Source of the DNA: Myxococcota bacterium
GTDB taxonomy: Bacteria; Myxococcota_A; SURF-8
Length of the DNA stretch: 64,000 bases
Assembly: GCA_963674735.2 (NCBI GenBank)
Contig: CAXXQS010000001.1
Span: 1,760,001 to 1,824,000, forward strand
Direction of reading: 5' to 3'
In this document: piece by piece, positions 9,036-18,682 of the stretch
Layout: each line of letters starts with the position of its first letter
How positions within the stretch are numbered: the stretch's first letter is position 1
The notes under the pieces: generated by a model
Told to the model about the DNA's origin: nothing
What the model saw: the letters and a program-made list of their open reading frames with translations, nothing else
The model's database searches: none
Position numbers and translations under genes: made by a program

Positions 9036-10862
9036 TTATGAATTAGACGAATCGGGAGTTCGATGTGAGTGCGCCGCCAGTTTTCGGCCTAATACATCGT
9101 AATAGGCGCTCACAATTTCGCTTCGGCTCAAAATCGCGAGGATGGTCCCCTCATCGTCCGGCGACACGACAATCGCCTCATCGAAACCCTTGGCGGTCAT
9201 TTCACGAATGGCAATGATCAGAGAATCACCCGGTTTTACAATCGCTGGAGTCTGTGCTAGATCAGAAGCAACGATAATCGGGCACAAATCAAGCCGCGCG
9301 GTGATGGAGCGCAAATCGCGTCCATCCACGGTTCCGATCAATTTATTCTCGTCATTGACCAATGGCAGGCTGGTCTTTTCGGATTCCGCGAACAATTCAA
9401 TCAACCGCTGAGCTCCGGTATTTTCCAGTACGGTGGGAACCGGCCGACCATCGAAGCAAGACACCACTTCCTGCACGCGCATCCCCTGCAAAATCGCTTC
9501 CATCATCTCGCCCATGTGGGCTGGTGCCTGCAAACGGCTGGAAAGCTGTTTCTCGTAGATAGTCCAGTTTTTCGATAGCGCATAGGCAATAAAACAGACC
9601 CACATCGCCGGAACCAACAAATAGTAGTTTCCCGTCATTTCGCTGACCATGATAATGGTCGAGATCGGCGTATTGGCCGCAGCCGCAAAGAAACCCGCCA
9701 TACCCACCAAAACAAAAGAACCGGGCTGAATCCCCATCGCCGGAAACAGTTGGTCCATACCCACTCCGACCGCGCCACCGATAGCACCGCCGATGACCAC
9801 CGCCGGGCCGAAAACGCCTCCACTGCCGCCCGATCCGATGGAAAACGACGTCGTGACGATTTTGCCCAGAGCGACCATTACGAACAGGCCAATAGCCACT
9901 TTTCCGGTCAGGCCTTCCTGAATGATGCCGTAGCCCGCTCCCAAAGTCTGGGGAATGAAAAATCCGATCGCGCCGACCACCAAACCGCCGATAGCCGGTT
10001 TGAAATGATTGGGGATATGCAAACGCTTGAAGGCGTCACGCACACCGTAAAAAGTGCGTACATAGAGCAGGGAACCCAATGAAACCGCCAATGCCAAAAC
10101 CAGATAGGCCAGGAGTTGAGACGGGGCGGTAAACTTCATGGCGGGCATGATAAAAAGTGAATCCCAACCGAACTGCATGGCGAAAACCGCGTACGCCACA
10201 ATGGAACTAAGCACAGCCGGAAGAATCACTTCATATTCCAGATCCAATTCCCGGTAAAGCACCTCGGCGGCAAACAACGAACCGGCCAAGGGTGCGTGGA
10301 AAATCGCTCCCACACCCGCACCCATGCCCGCCGCCAGCAAAACGCGGCGTTCCTGCGAGGATAGCTTCAGCCAGCGGCCAAGCAGCGAACCAAAACTCGC
10401 CCCAATCTGCGCGATAGGGCCTTCTCGACCGGCGGAACCGCCCGAGCCGATGGTGATGGCGGCCGTGATGGCCTTGATAATCGGGACTCTGGCCCGAATC
10501 TCGCCTGATTTCCGGAGGTAAGCATCGATGGCGGCGTCCGTGCCATGGCCTTCCGCCTCAGGCGCCAGCCAGAAAACGATCACGCCGCTGATCAATCCGC
10601 CAATGGCGGGCAGAATCAACAGCAACCAACGATTGAAGGGTGTATCGGTTTCATGAAAGAGCGACGGTTCACCACCCGCGCCCAAAGGTCGATACCCGGC
10701 CAAGTAGTCGAAAAAGAAATGTTCGGAGGCCGAAAGCATGTAGTAAAACGCGATCGCACCCAGACCCGCCACAACACCGACCAGAAAGCTCAAGGCCATC
10801 AACCGCCAGATACCGCCGATTTCAACCTGATTCTTTAATAATTTTGCAACTTTACCCATCAT
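9036..10862 (-). CDS. ClC family chloride channel / Cl-/H+ antiporter with CBS domains
   Basis: GHGTD, GSAGREGP (gating Glu) and GGVFGP motifs; C-terminal CBS pair. Confidence 0.9.
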   Translation of the reverse strand: MMGKVAKLLKNQVEIGGIWRLMALSFLVGVVAGLGAIAFYYMLSASEHFFFDYLAGYRPLGAGGEPSLFHETDTPFNRWLLLILPAIGGLISGVIVFWLAPEAEGHGTDAAIDAYLRKSGEIRARVPIIKAITAAITIGSGGSAGREGPIAQIGASFGSLLGRWLKLSSQERRVLLAAGMGAGVGAIFHAPLAGSLFAAEVLYRELDLEYEVILPAVLSSIVAYAVFAMQFGWDSLFIMPAMKFTAPSQLLAYLVLALAVSLGSLLYVRTFYGVRDAFKRLHIPNHFKPAIGGLVVGAIGFFIPQTLGAGYGIIQEGLTGKVAIGLFVMVALGKIVTTSFSIGSGGSGGVFGPAVVIGGAIGGAVGVGMDQLFPAMGIQPGSFVLVGMAGFFAAAANTPISTIIMVSEMTGNYYLLVPAMWVCFIAYALSKNWTIYEKQLSSRLQAPAHMGEMMEAILQGMRVQEVVSCFDGRPVPTVLENTGAQRLIELFAESEKTSLPLVNDENKLIGTVDGRDLRSITARLDLCPIIVASDLAQTPAIVKPGDSLIIAIREMTAKGFDEAIVVSPDDEGTILAILSRSEIVSAYYDVLGRKLAAHSHRTPDSSNS

Positions 10863-11039
10863 TATCGACCCGCCCCGCACAATATTTCATTGAACCTTTG
10901 TGCGTCCGGTTACGCCAATTCGCATGCGCCCGAGCGTCCAAAAGCGGCTATGGGTTAGCACATCCATGGATGAAAGTAAAGCGCTTTCCCTGCCGTTTTT
11001 TAAGCAGTCAAGCCTCCCCCAACGTCATGAATTAATTAT

Positions 11040-12866
11040 TTATTTTTTACCTTCTTCAAAACGTCCACAGTAGCGTTCCGTCAAACCCTGAATATGCTCC
11101 ACTTCCACATCGCCTTTCAAGCGCCCCGCCAGCTCATTCATATTATTCCTATAATAAGCGCAGGCTTTGCGACCGCGCTCGGGATCGATCGGTTCATAGC
11201 ACGGGAAGTCGGGCCGCGGCGGTCCCGGCGGCAGTGGAATCGGAAAGATTTTTTTGTAGCAAGGATGCACCCAACAACTCCACGTTTGCACCGTTGCCGG
11301 ACTGGTTTCACCGATCAGATCGGTCAGGCTCAAAATCAGCCTGGCTTTATCGATCGTGGCCGACGGATTGACGCGAATATCTCCGACAACCCATTTGAAG
11401 GATTCCTCGCGCTTCTCGCCGCTTTTCGGATCGGTATATTCGGCCACAAAACGGATGCTGTCTTGATCCTTGGCTTCCCCCTTCAACTCAGATAGAAAAA
11501 GCTGCCCGGAGTTGGCGAAATAGTGGATCGCCTGCACATCTTCCTTCCGGGTGGACGACTCCTCGCCATAGAAGACATCCATCGCCAACGAGGGGGGTAA
11601 CGTCATACGGAAATGCACGTCACGCGCCACCACTTCCAGAAGCGAGACAAACTTATCGCCGAATACTTTATCGACTGCCGACTCGCTGGCCAAAAAGAGG
11701 TATGCGCCCTTCCCTTTTTCCGTAAGTTGATCGAGCATCCGATCGTTGAAGTCATGCCCGACGCCGATACCCGAAAATGCAATACGCCGCTTGTCGTAGA
11801 AGCGGGTGACGGTCGACGACAATTCATCATTGACCACTCCCGTGTTGGCCAGCGCATCCGTCACCATGATGACGCGGTTGTTTTTCACTTTCTCGTAATA
11901 CTTCTCGCCGAGGTCATAGCCACGAACCATGCCGTCATGCAGATTGGTCGATCCCCAGGGCTGCAGATACTCGACAGCTTTATCAAACAGATCGCGCGAA
12001 TCACGCCCCACGACAAAACCTTCGAGGGGGGTGCATACCTGGTGATTAAACTGAACGATACTGACCACATCACCGGGTTTGAAGGCATCCCATACCTTTT
12101 TCAAGCCACGCTTGAGATAGTCCATTTTGTTGGATGCGTTCATGGAGCCCGATTGATCGACGACAAATGTCATGACCGCCGGACGGCGTTCTGCTTTACT
12201 TACCTGTCGTCCTTTAACCGAAAAGGCCAGTGAAGTCTGACCGCGCTTGATGCCGGGGGTCAGCGAGGCAGCGACCGAAAACGCCCGCCCCTTCTCAACC
12301 GGCGCTCCCGCGAACTGGTAATAATTCAGAAATTCGTGTGGACGCAGGTGTTGGGTGGGGATCGGAAGGAAATGTCGGATGGCGTATTCGATCCGCTGCG
12401 CCGAGGACAGACTCATGGAGTCGTCATTCGACAGATAAATCGTATTACCTTCGGGCGCATCCGGCTTGGATGGCGGAACCGTATCGGGAGCTTGAGGCGT
12501 TTCTTTACTGGGAGCAGGGGGAGGAGTTGCGCCAAGCGGCTCCATCATGGCGGCATCCGATCCCTGCGCCGGCATCCCTTTCATCCCGACTCCAGGCGGC
12601 ATGGCGGATTCTCGACGTTTCATACCGGATAGCTGTACCGGCGGTCGGCGGCCATCCGCTACGGCCTGCTGACGACAATCAGTGAAGATCGCCTTGCCGC
12701 CAACCGCTCCGCCCGGCGTGTCCACCCAACTGGCCGAGCCTTTCTCGGCACTTGCACCTTCAACGGTCTGATCCTGCGCCTTCGGCTCACCCATCCCAAG
12801 TATCATCAGAGGCAGAACCAGAACCACGACAAAAATCGGCAAGACCACTTGAATTCGCTTAACCAT
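11040..12866 (-). CDS. Exported VWA-domain protein (YfbK-like)
   Basis: MIDAS DQSGS, GSTNL, TDALAN; RPHEFLNYYQF pre-VWA motif; N-terminal hydrophobic segment; ATG at 12866 with GGGAGG RBS. Confidence 0.8.
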   Translation of the reverse strand: MVKRIQVVLPIFVVVLVLPLMILGMGEPKAQDQTVEGASAEKGSASWVDTPGGAVGGKAIFTDCRQQAVADGRRPPVQLSGMKRRESAMPPGVGMKGMPAQGSDAAMMEPLGATPPPAPSKETPQAPDTVPPSKPDAPEGNTIYLSNDDSMSLSSAQRIEYAIRHFLPIPTQHLRPHEFLNYYQFAGAPVEKGRAFSVAASLTPGIKRGQTSLAFSVKGRQVSKAERRPAVMTFVVDQSGSMNASNKMDYLKRGLKKVWDAFKPGDVVSIVQFNHQVCTPLEGFVVGRDSRDLFDKAVEYLQPWGSTNLHDGMVRGYDLGEKYYEKVKNNRVIMVTDALANTGVVNDELSSTVTRFYDKRRIAFSGIGVGHDFNDRMLDQLTEKGKGAYLFLASESAVDKVFGDKFVSLLEVVARDVHFRMTLPPSLAMDVFYGEESSTRKEDVQAIHYFANSGQLFLSELKGEAKDQDSIRFVAEYTDPKSGEKREESFKWVVGDIRVNPSATIDKARLILSLTDLIGETSPATVQTWSCWVHPCYKKIFPIPLPPGPPRPDFPCYEPIDPERGRKACAYYRNNMNELAGRLKGDVEVEHIQGLTERYCGRFEEGKK

Positions 12867-14241
12867 TGTCCCCTCCCAAATCAATCGGGTTATTTTGCGG
12901 AACTTGAATTGTTTTACTTTCAGCTTGAACGGGGGCGAAAATCGTTTCATCCACGACATCACCCGGTCCCAGGATTCCAAATGTGAAGTCTTTCGCGGTC
13001 CGTGCCACCGCCTTCTGCACCTCACTCGGGGTGAGACGCCCAACCTGTTCCATCACCGTTTGGCGATTGTGATAGCCATCCAGCAGAGATTCGCTCAAAG
13101 CCAGGAATTCAGCTTGGCCCTGTACCGATTCGATACCCTGGTAAAACTGTGTCCGATAGACCGCCCGAACCGCATCCAACTCGGCTTGCGGCGGCGGCGT
13201 GGTGGCCAAACGCTGTAATTCGTCGACGATCAAGGCCATCGTCTGGGCTTCGTCCACCGTGGTCACATACAAATACCCGAAGTTAGACTGGCTGGCGGAA
13301 AGTCCGCTGTAAACCGCGTAAGCCAAACCACGCTTGGTCCGCACCGACTCCCAAAGTCGGTAAGAAAGAAGTTTCATTCCGATTTTCAAAGCCGCGTAAT
13401 CCGCCTTGCCCGGCGCAGGCGCACAAAACTTACCCAGAATGTATTTAGTGGGGATAGCCCGCGTTTCGAAAACGAGGTTTTGCGAAGGTCGGTTCAATTC
13501 CGGCAACGCCCACGAATGATCCCCTTCGGTCTGCGGCACGTGGAAGGCTGCGTTCAACCAGCGTTCAAGATCCGGCTGCAAAAAAGGACCGGCCACAACG
13601 ATAAACGCACGCGGATCCTTAACAAGCTTCGCGTGATGGCTTTTAAGCGCGGCGCGATCGAAGGCTTTTACCGGTTCTTCTTCACCATCGACGTCCGACT
13701 CGTAAGGATGTCCCTGATAGAAAGTCCGGTTGAGGATTTCGCTCAGCCATTCATCGGGGTTATCGTGCTTCGAACGGATCATCGCCAATTGACGATCGCG
13801 CTGCAGAATAACGTCATTTTCATCCAACAGAGGTCGCTGCCAGAGATCGGCGAAGACTGAAAGAGAATGCTTGAAAAAGGGCCGCACGCATTGAAGAGAA
13901 AAAACCGTCCGATCTTTTTCCACGCTGCTCCAGATCCGTGTCCCCATGGCGTCCAATCGACGGCTGACTTCATCTTTTGCAAGCGTTTCACTCGCCATCA
14001 ACATTGTTTTTACAAGTAAGCGCTCCACCCCGGCGGTATCGGCGTTCTGGCGTAACGAAGTCCCAGGAATCACGATTTTGAGCGCCGCGACTTCGGTATC
14101 CGGAATCGGAAGGAAAATCACTTTATGGCCCGTATCGAGCCGAAAGTCCACCGCCGCATCATCCGCTCGGGCCGATGATTCAAAGCCTGTTCCAAGTAAA
14201 AAGACCGCCAGAAAAACGGATAAAATTCGACCCTTCATCAT
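12859..14241 (-). CDS. M16B peptidase, non-catalytic subunit
   Basis: M16 fold motifs (HPY; RLWESVRTKRGLAY with R/Y pair) but HXXEH replaced by RLLVK; signal peptide; ATGA overlap with upstream gene. Confidence 0.85.
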   Translation of the reverse strand: MMKGRILSVFLAVFLLGTGFESSARADDAAVDFRLDTGHKVIFLPIPDTEVAALKIVIPGTSLRQNADTAGVERLLVKTMLMASETLAKDEVSRRLDAMGTRIWSSVEKDRTVFSLQCVRPFFKHSLSVFADLWQRPLLDENDVILQRDRQLAMIRSKHDNPDEWLSEILNRTFYQGHPYESDVDGEEEPVKAFDRAALKSHHAKLVKDPRAFIVVAGPFLQPDLERWLNAAFHVPQTEGDHSWALPELNRPSQNLVFETRAIPTKYILGKFCAPAPGKADYAALKIGMKLLSYRLWESVRTKRGLAYAVYSGLSASQSNFGYLYVTTVDEAQTMALIVDELQRLATTPPPQAELDAVRAVYRTQFYQGIESVQGQAEFLALSESLLDGYHNRQTVMEQVGRLTPSEVQKAVARTAKDFTFGILGPGDVVDETIFAPVQAESKTIQVPQNNPIDLGGDNG

Positions 14242-15689
14242 GGCGCCACCTCCCCGGCTACGACAGCTTCCGCTTGCGTTGTCTGTTTCGCCGTAGCATC
14301 CAGCCACTCCCGATTTTCCGGAGCGATCAAGATGCCTGTCACGCCGGGGCGTTCATGGATATATGTCCGCACAAAGTCCACAACATCTTCGCGCGTCACC
14401 TTTTTGAGGTTTTCGATATACTGTAAGCGATAGTCCATGTCGGCGACACACCACCAAAAGCCCAATTCGCGGGCAATGCTCTGAGACGCCTGCCAGCCGT
14501 ACAGATTATCAACGGCCAACAGCCGCTTGGCGCTGGCCAATTCTTCATCCGTAAAGTAATCCACCTCGACAAAATGGGCCGCTTCCGCACGCATGGCAGC
14601 CAAGGCCTGCCCCGCTTTCTGTGCTTCGGCAATACCCATGAAATGAATGGGACCGACATTGCGCTGCGTGTAATAGGAAACTTGCGCCCCCAGCAACATT
14701 CCCGAATCCACCAGACGTTTGTGGAATGTCGAAGCTTTCTGCGACAGGATAAATCCAAAGACATCGGCAGCATAGGTAGCCTTGCGGTCTTCATCCACGC
14801 TGGGACCGTGCCAGGCCAAGTCGATCGCCACATTCTGGAAAGGCCGTTCCACAACCACCATTTGTGCTTTTTCCATCGGTGGATGCTGTGGCGAAGGCCA
14901 CTCTTCAAAAGGCTCGACCCCCTTTGGCCACGACGAATATTGCTGAAATATCATATCCTTAACGGCCTCAAGCTGAACGTCGCCCGCCACAACCAACAGG
15001 GTATTGTTAGGCACATAAAAGCGATGCTGAATCGTCAACATTTGTTCGCGTGTGGTCTTACTGATCACATCCCGCTCGCCGATGACATTTTTGCGTGATG
15101 GGAAATGTGAAAACAACTTTTGGGTTACAGCTTGGCGTAGAAAGAAACGGGGATCCGATTCGTTTCGATCATACTCGCTGAGTACGGTTTGAATTTCGCG
15201 CTTGAGCTCCTGCTCGTCGAACAGCGGTCCCGTTAACGCGTGGTTCATGAATTCGAGCCCGGCGGCGAGGTTTTCCTTGGGTAGGGTAAAGAAATACTCT
15301 ACCGCCTCCGTCGAAGTCGTTCCGTTGAACGACATGCCCAATTCACGCATACGCGCCATATACGCTTCCTGATCCGGCAAGACCGCGTTGCCCTTGAAGA
15401 ACATATGCTCGTATAAATGCGAAAGACCGTCGTATTCAGGCGGTTCGGCGAAAGCTCCATTGCGTACCGCCGCGAGAATGGTCACCAGCGGCACGGTCGG
15501 CCGCTCCACAACAACGACTTCCAATCCGTTGTCAAGTGTGAAGCTCTTCACTTCTGCACTGGGATCGTTGAGTTTTTCCAGAGTCGGTAAAAGTGAAGCC
15601 GCACTCGGCGCAGGAGTCGCACAGCCGGTCAGCCCGCTCGCGGTTATCAAACCGACGACAATCCATAAAGACAACCATTTCGCTAACAT
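14238..15689 (-). CDS. M16B zinc peptidase, catalytic subunit, lipoprotein
   Basis: GLSHLYEHMFFKG (HXXEH), NGTTS, TLDNGLEV; lipobox LTGC. Confidence 0.88.
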   Translation of the reverse strand: MLAKWLSLWIVVGLITASGLTGCATPAPSAASLLPTLEKLNDPSAEVKSFTLDNGLEVVVVERPTVPLVTILAAVRNGAFAEPPEYDGLSHLYEHMFFKGNAVLPDQEAYMARMRELGMSFNGTTSTEAVEYFFTLPKENLAAGLEFMNHALTGPLFDEQELKREIQTVLSEYDRNESDPRFFLRQAVTQKLFSHFPSRKNVIGERDVISKTTREQMLTIQHRFYVPNNTLLVVAGDVQLEAVKDMIFQQYSSWPKGVEPFEEWPSPQHPPMEKAQMVVVERPFQNVAIDLAWHGPSVDEDRKATYAADVFGFILSQKASTFHKRLVDSGMLLGAQVSYYTQRNVGPIHFMGIAEAQKAGQALAAMRAEAAHFVEVDYFTDEELASAKRLLAVDNLYGWQASQSIARELGFWWCVADMDYRLQYIENLKKVTREDVVDFVRTYIHERPGVTGILIAPENREWLDATAKQTTQAEAVVAGEVAP

Positions 15690-15861
15690 CCGTTCGTCCT
15701 TTCTAAGCCGCACAATTCGCCTCAGCCTAACAACCGGCCTTTCAAAGTGCAAGTGGAATCCAAGCCTTCCTATTCCCGAAGGTCATGCATGGCATGCATG
15801 GAGGGTTCCGCAACCTGCAGAATTTACGTGATAATTTCAACTTGGATGCTATACTGTTATC

Positions 15862-16872
15862 ATGAAAGAAGCCATCCTGTACGATAAGAGAGAAAACGGA
15901 GCCGTTGCATGCCGTCTTTGCGCCCATCATTGCATAATCAAAGATGGAGAAACCGGACTCTGCGACGTTCGCAAAAACCGCGCTGGAGTCCTGTGGTCGG
16001 AAACCTATGAAAAAATCGTGACCACCCACATCGATCCCATCGAGAAAAAACCTCTATTTCATTACAAACCCGGAAGCTTGTCCTTTTCAGTCGCGACCGT
16101 CGGCTGCAACTTCCGTTGCACCTGGTGTCAGAACCACGATATCAGCCAATGGGCACATGAAGAACAGTCCCCACTACCCGGCCAAGCCATCGGACCGGAA
16201 GAACTGGCTCGTATGGCCGCCAACAACCGATGCGCCACCTTGGCCTTCACCTACACAGAACCGACCGTTTTCGCTGAAATCGCCCTCGATACCGCACGAG
16301 CTGCTGCTCCTTTGGGTGTCGATTCCATATTCGTGACCAACGGATACATGAGTTCTGAATTGATCGACACCTTCGGTCCGCTCATGAAGGGGGCCAATGT
16401 GGATCTGAAAGCCTTCAATGACGACACCTATCGCCAGTACACCGGAGCCCGGCTCCAGCCGGTTTGCGACAGTATCCGCCATTTGCATGAAAACGGAACC
16501 TGGGTGGAAATCACCACGCTGATCATCCCGGAATTGAATGATTCCGAGGCCGAACTGACCGCAATGGCCTCGTTTATCGCCGACATCGACCCGGCTATCC
16601 CGTGGCACATCTCCGCTTTTCATCCGACTTATCAGATGACCGACCGAAAACGGACACCCCTGGACACGCTGCACGCGGCCTACACGATCGGAAAACGCGC
16701 CGGCTTGCGTTTCGTCTATACCGGCAATGCACCGGGCGACCGTTACGAATCGACCTATTGTCCGAAATGCGGAACGGTCGTCATCGAGCGAACAGGTTTT
16801 CAAATCCTGTTCAACCGGATCGTCATGCAAAAATGTCCGACTTGCAACGAAACGATTGAAGGAGTGTATTGA
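15862..16872 (+). CDS. amrS: AmmeMemoRadiSam system radical SAM enzyme
   Basis: N-terminal CRLCAHHC...C, IDPIEKKPLFHY, GCNFRCTWCQN, TYTEP, C-terminal TYCPKC and CPTC. Confidence 0.9.
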   Translation: MKEAILYDKRENGAVACRLCAHHCIIKDGETGLCDVRKNRAGVLWSETYEKIVTTHIDPIEKKPLFHYKPGSLSFSVATVGCNFRCTWCQNHDISQWAHEEQSPLPGQAIGPEELARMAANNRCATLAFTYTEPTVFAEIALDTARAAAPLGVDSIFVTNGYMSSELIDTFGPLMKGANVDLKAFNDDTYRQYTGARLQPVCDSIRHLHENGTWVEITTLIIPELNDSEAELTAMASFIADIDPAIPWHISAFHPTYQMTDRKRTPLDTLHAAYTIGKRAGLRFVYTGNAPGDRYESTYCPKCGTVVIERTGFQILFNRIVMQKCPTCNETIEGVY

Positions 16873-16938
16873 CGACTCGCTTTCTCTCGGCTATGATGCC
16901 GCTATTCACTGTAACGCGGAGACGGAGGACGCCGACGC

Positions 16939-17334
16939 ATGAGTGCTTGGAAAAAATGGAGTTTGATTGCAGCAGCGGTTGGAGCGCTCCTTGTCTTGGC
17001 ACTAACCGTCCCGGCAGTCCGGCACGTCCTGCTTGCCCCCTCCGACATGGTGCAAGCCGTCTCGACCGGCATGGAGTTCAGGCGTTTGGAAACCATGATC
17101 GAAGGGTTTAGCAAGGAATACAAACGCTGGCCCACCGAAGATGAGTTTCACGAACTGGTCAATCAATCCATCGAGGCCGATCGTGGTGATTCTCTGAAAT
17201 CGAATGGATTGGTCGACCGCTGGGGTGAACCCTACAATTATTTTCGCCAAGGTTCGGGTTACGTTATAACCAGTATGGGCCCCGACCGACGCCCCGGAAG
17301 CAAAGACGATATCATTCTGCTCAAGAGGAAATGA
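16939..17334 (+). CDS. GspG-like (T2SS pseudopilin C-terminal domain) membrane-anchored protein
   Basis: DRWGEPYNY...ITSMGPDRRPGSKDDI matches the GspG C-terminus; single N-terminal TM, no GFTLxE prepilin motif. Confidence 0.7.
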   Translation: MSAWKKWSLIAAAVGALLVLALTVPAVRHVLLAPSDMVQAVSTGMEFRRLETMIEGFSKEYKRWPTEDEFHELVNQSIEADRGDSLKSNGLVDRWGEPYNYFRQGSGYVITSMGPDRRPGSKDDIILLKRK

Positions 17335-17337
17335 TTC

Positions 17338-17898
17338 ATGAGCGCAAACACCTACAAACGAAAACGCTATCTAATTAAGAACGGCTTTCAGTTTGCCTAC
17401 ATCGGAAAGATTTTGCTTCTTGAACTCTTGGCTGTCGTCGTCACCGCGATTATTACCAGCTATCTCTTTCTTTTCGTTTTCAGCGACTCGAAGATGGTTT
17501 CGGCAGGTCCATACGGAACGGGAATCCTGATCAGTACGATCTTTCTGGTTATCATGCTGATGTTTATCCTTGCCTGGCTGGGTGTCCGTATTTCCCATCG
17601 AATTGCTGGGCCGATCTACCGTTTCGAACAAACCTTCAAAGAAATACGTCAAGGAAATCTGCGGGCCCGCATCTATCTTCGCCAAAAAGATGAAATGAAG
17701 CCGCTCGCAGGTGCCTTTAATGAGATGATGGCTTCGCTGCTCGACCGCTACCCGCAACTTGAAAACGAAAGCCCAACCGAGAGTAGTATCGATATCAAAC
17801 TCCAAGAGGTCACCGCCGCCCTTGGACGCAGCGAGCTGCCTGCCAACGACAAAGACAAGTATCGTAAAGTGCTTGAAGGATTGAAGGGAAAGCTGTAG
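17338..17898 (+). CDS. Two-TM HAMP domain protein
   Basis: KRKRYLI..FQ N-terminus, two TM helices, SHRIAGPIYRF...LRQKDE..LA..FNEM HAMP motif. Confidence 0.75.
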   Translation: MSANTYKRKRYLIKNGFQFAYIGKILLLELLAVVVTAIITSYLFLFVFSDSKMVSAGPYGTGILISTIFLVIMLMFILAWLGVRISHRIAGPIYRFEQTFKEIRQGNLRARIYLRQKDEMKPLAGAFNEMMASLLDRYPQLENESPTESSIDIKLQEVTAALGRSELPANDKDKYRKVLEGLKGKL

Positions 17899-17902
17899 CC
17901 CG

Positions 17903-18020
17903 AAAAAAAGAATATGGGCTTGGCAATCCCCAACCTTAAATGTAACCACTCTGCCACTTGGGGGGGACGGTGGGACTCTAAAGCAGTTACCCTAAGGCCG
18001 GGGATTCCCAAGCCCATCTA
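17903..18020 (-). ncRNA. Candidate structured small RNA, family not recognised
   Basis: Rod-like fold 17914-18017 whose internal mismatches become G-U pairs on the minus strand; C7 loop; 3' T7 tract; upstream TTGACA-N17-CATCAT. Confidence 0.6.
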
Positions 18021-18026
18021 CCTATC

Positions 18027-18055
18027 ATGATGCCGAAAGTGGCTGGATTTGTCAA
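18027..18055 (-). promoter_or_regulatory. Sigma70-like promoter for the candidate sRNA
   Basis: TTGACA (18055-18050), 17-nt spacer, CATCAT (18032-18027), about 10 nt before the hairpin. Confidence 0.55.
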
Positions 18056-18175
18056 GTGCTTTGGGAACATGCCAAACGACATTTTTTTTTCGCCAATCAG
18101 AAAATGTAGAGGAGAAGCGTTCTGATATCCCTTTGGTTTTCATTAATTCTTCCTATCCTCTTTATTCTGAGCAGC

Positions 18176-18682
18176 ATGGTAGGATTCACTTTGATCGGCA
18201 ATGGTTTTCGCGGTGTACTGGCTCAACGGCTGGTGGTCATCAATTTGCACGCTAAAAGCCATCAAGCCACGCGTGAGATAAATGGATTTCGCGCGAGATT
18301 GTGGGGAATTGCAACGCTTGTTGCAGGTTCTACTTTAACATTTGTCGCTTTGTGGGGATTTGCCCAAAACTACGATTTTCTTTCTTCCCCCGCCTATTTA
18401 CAGTACATCCTCCCCTCCGTGGAGGGCCAAGAAGTTATTTATGGTTTGGGAAATGGCGACGACCTCGAAATCGCCTATGGATTCCATCGCGACAAAATGT
18501 TGGTTTACCGGGAATTCAGCCGTGGCATGCAAGACGATGGCTGGACTTTGCTTCGTGATACCCCGATTTCTATCGTGGCAGCCAAGCAAGAGCACCAAGT
18601 AACTCTCTCGTTTATCGGCATGCGGCCGGGAGACCAGAAAAGCTTTCCTTGTAAAGTGATCATCAGATATCATCGAGAGTGA
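18176..18682 (+). CDS. Hypothetical membrane-anchored protein (start uncertain)
   Basis: One hydrophobic segment, then a small domain (Y...M..DGW motif); fills the gap between features. Confidence 0.5.
   Translation: MVGFTLIGNGFRGVLAQRLVVINLHAKSHQATREINGFRARLWGIATLVAGSTLTFVALWGFAQNYDFLSSPAYLQYILPSVEGQEVIYGLGNGDDLEIAYGFHRDKMLVYREFSRGMQDDGWTLLRDTPISIVAAKQEHQVTLSFIGMRPGDQKSFPCKVIIRYHRE

Noticed and set aside
17914-18017. Hairpin as SRP (4.5S) RNA, 6S RNA or a plain terminator
   Set aside because: No SRP GGAA-tetraloop/AGCAG motif; too short for 6S and no large central bubble; much longer than a simple terminator and has its own promoter.
18176-18200. MVGFTLIG resembling a prepilin cleavage motif
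   Set aside because: No Glu at +5 and no hydrophobic helix directly after; the ORF start is uncertain. Probably chance.
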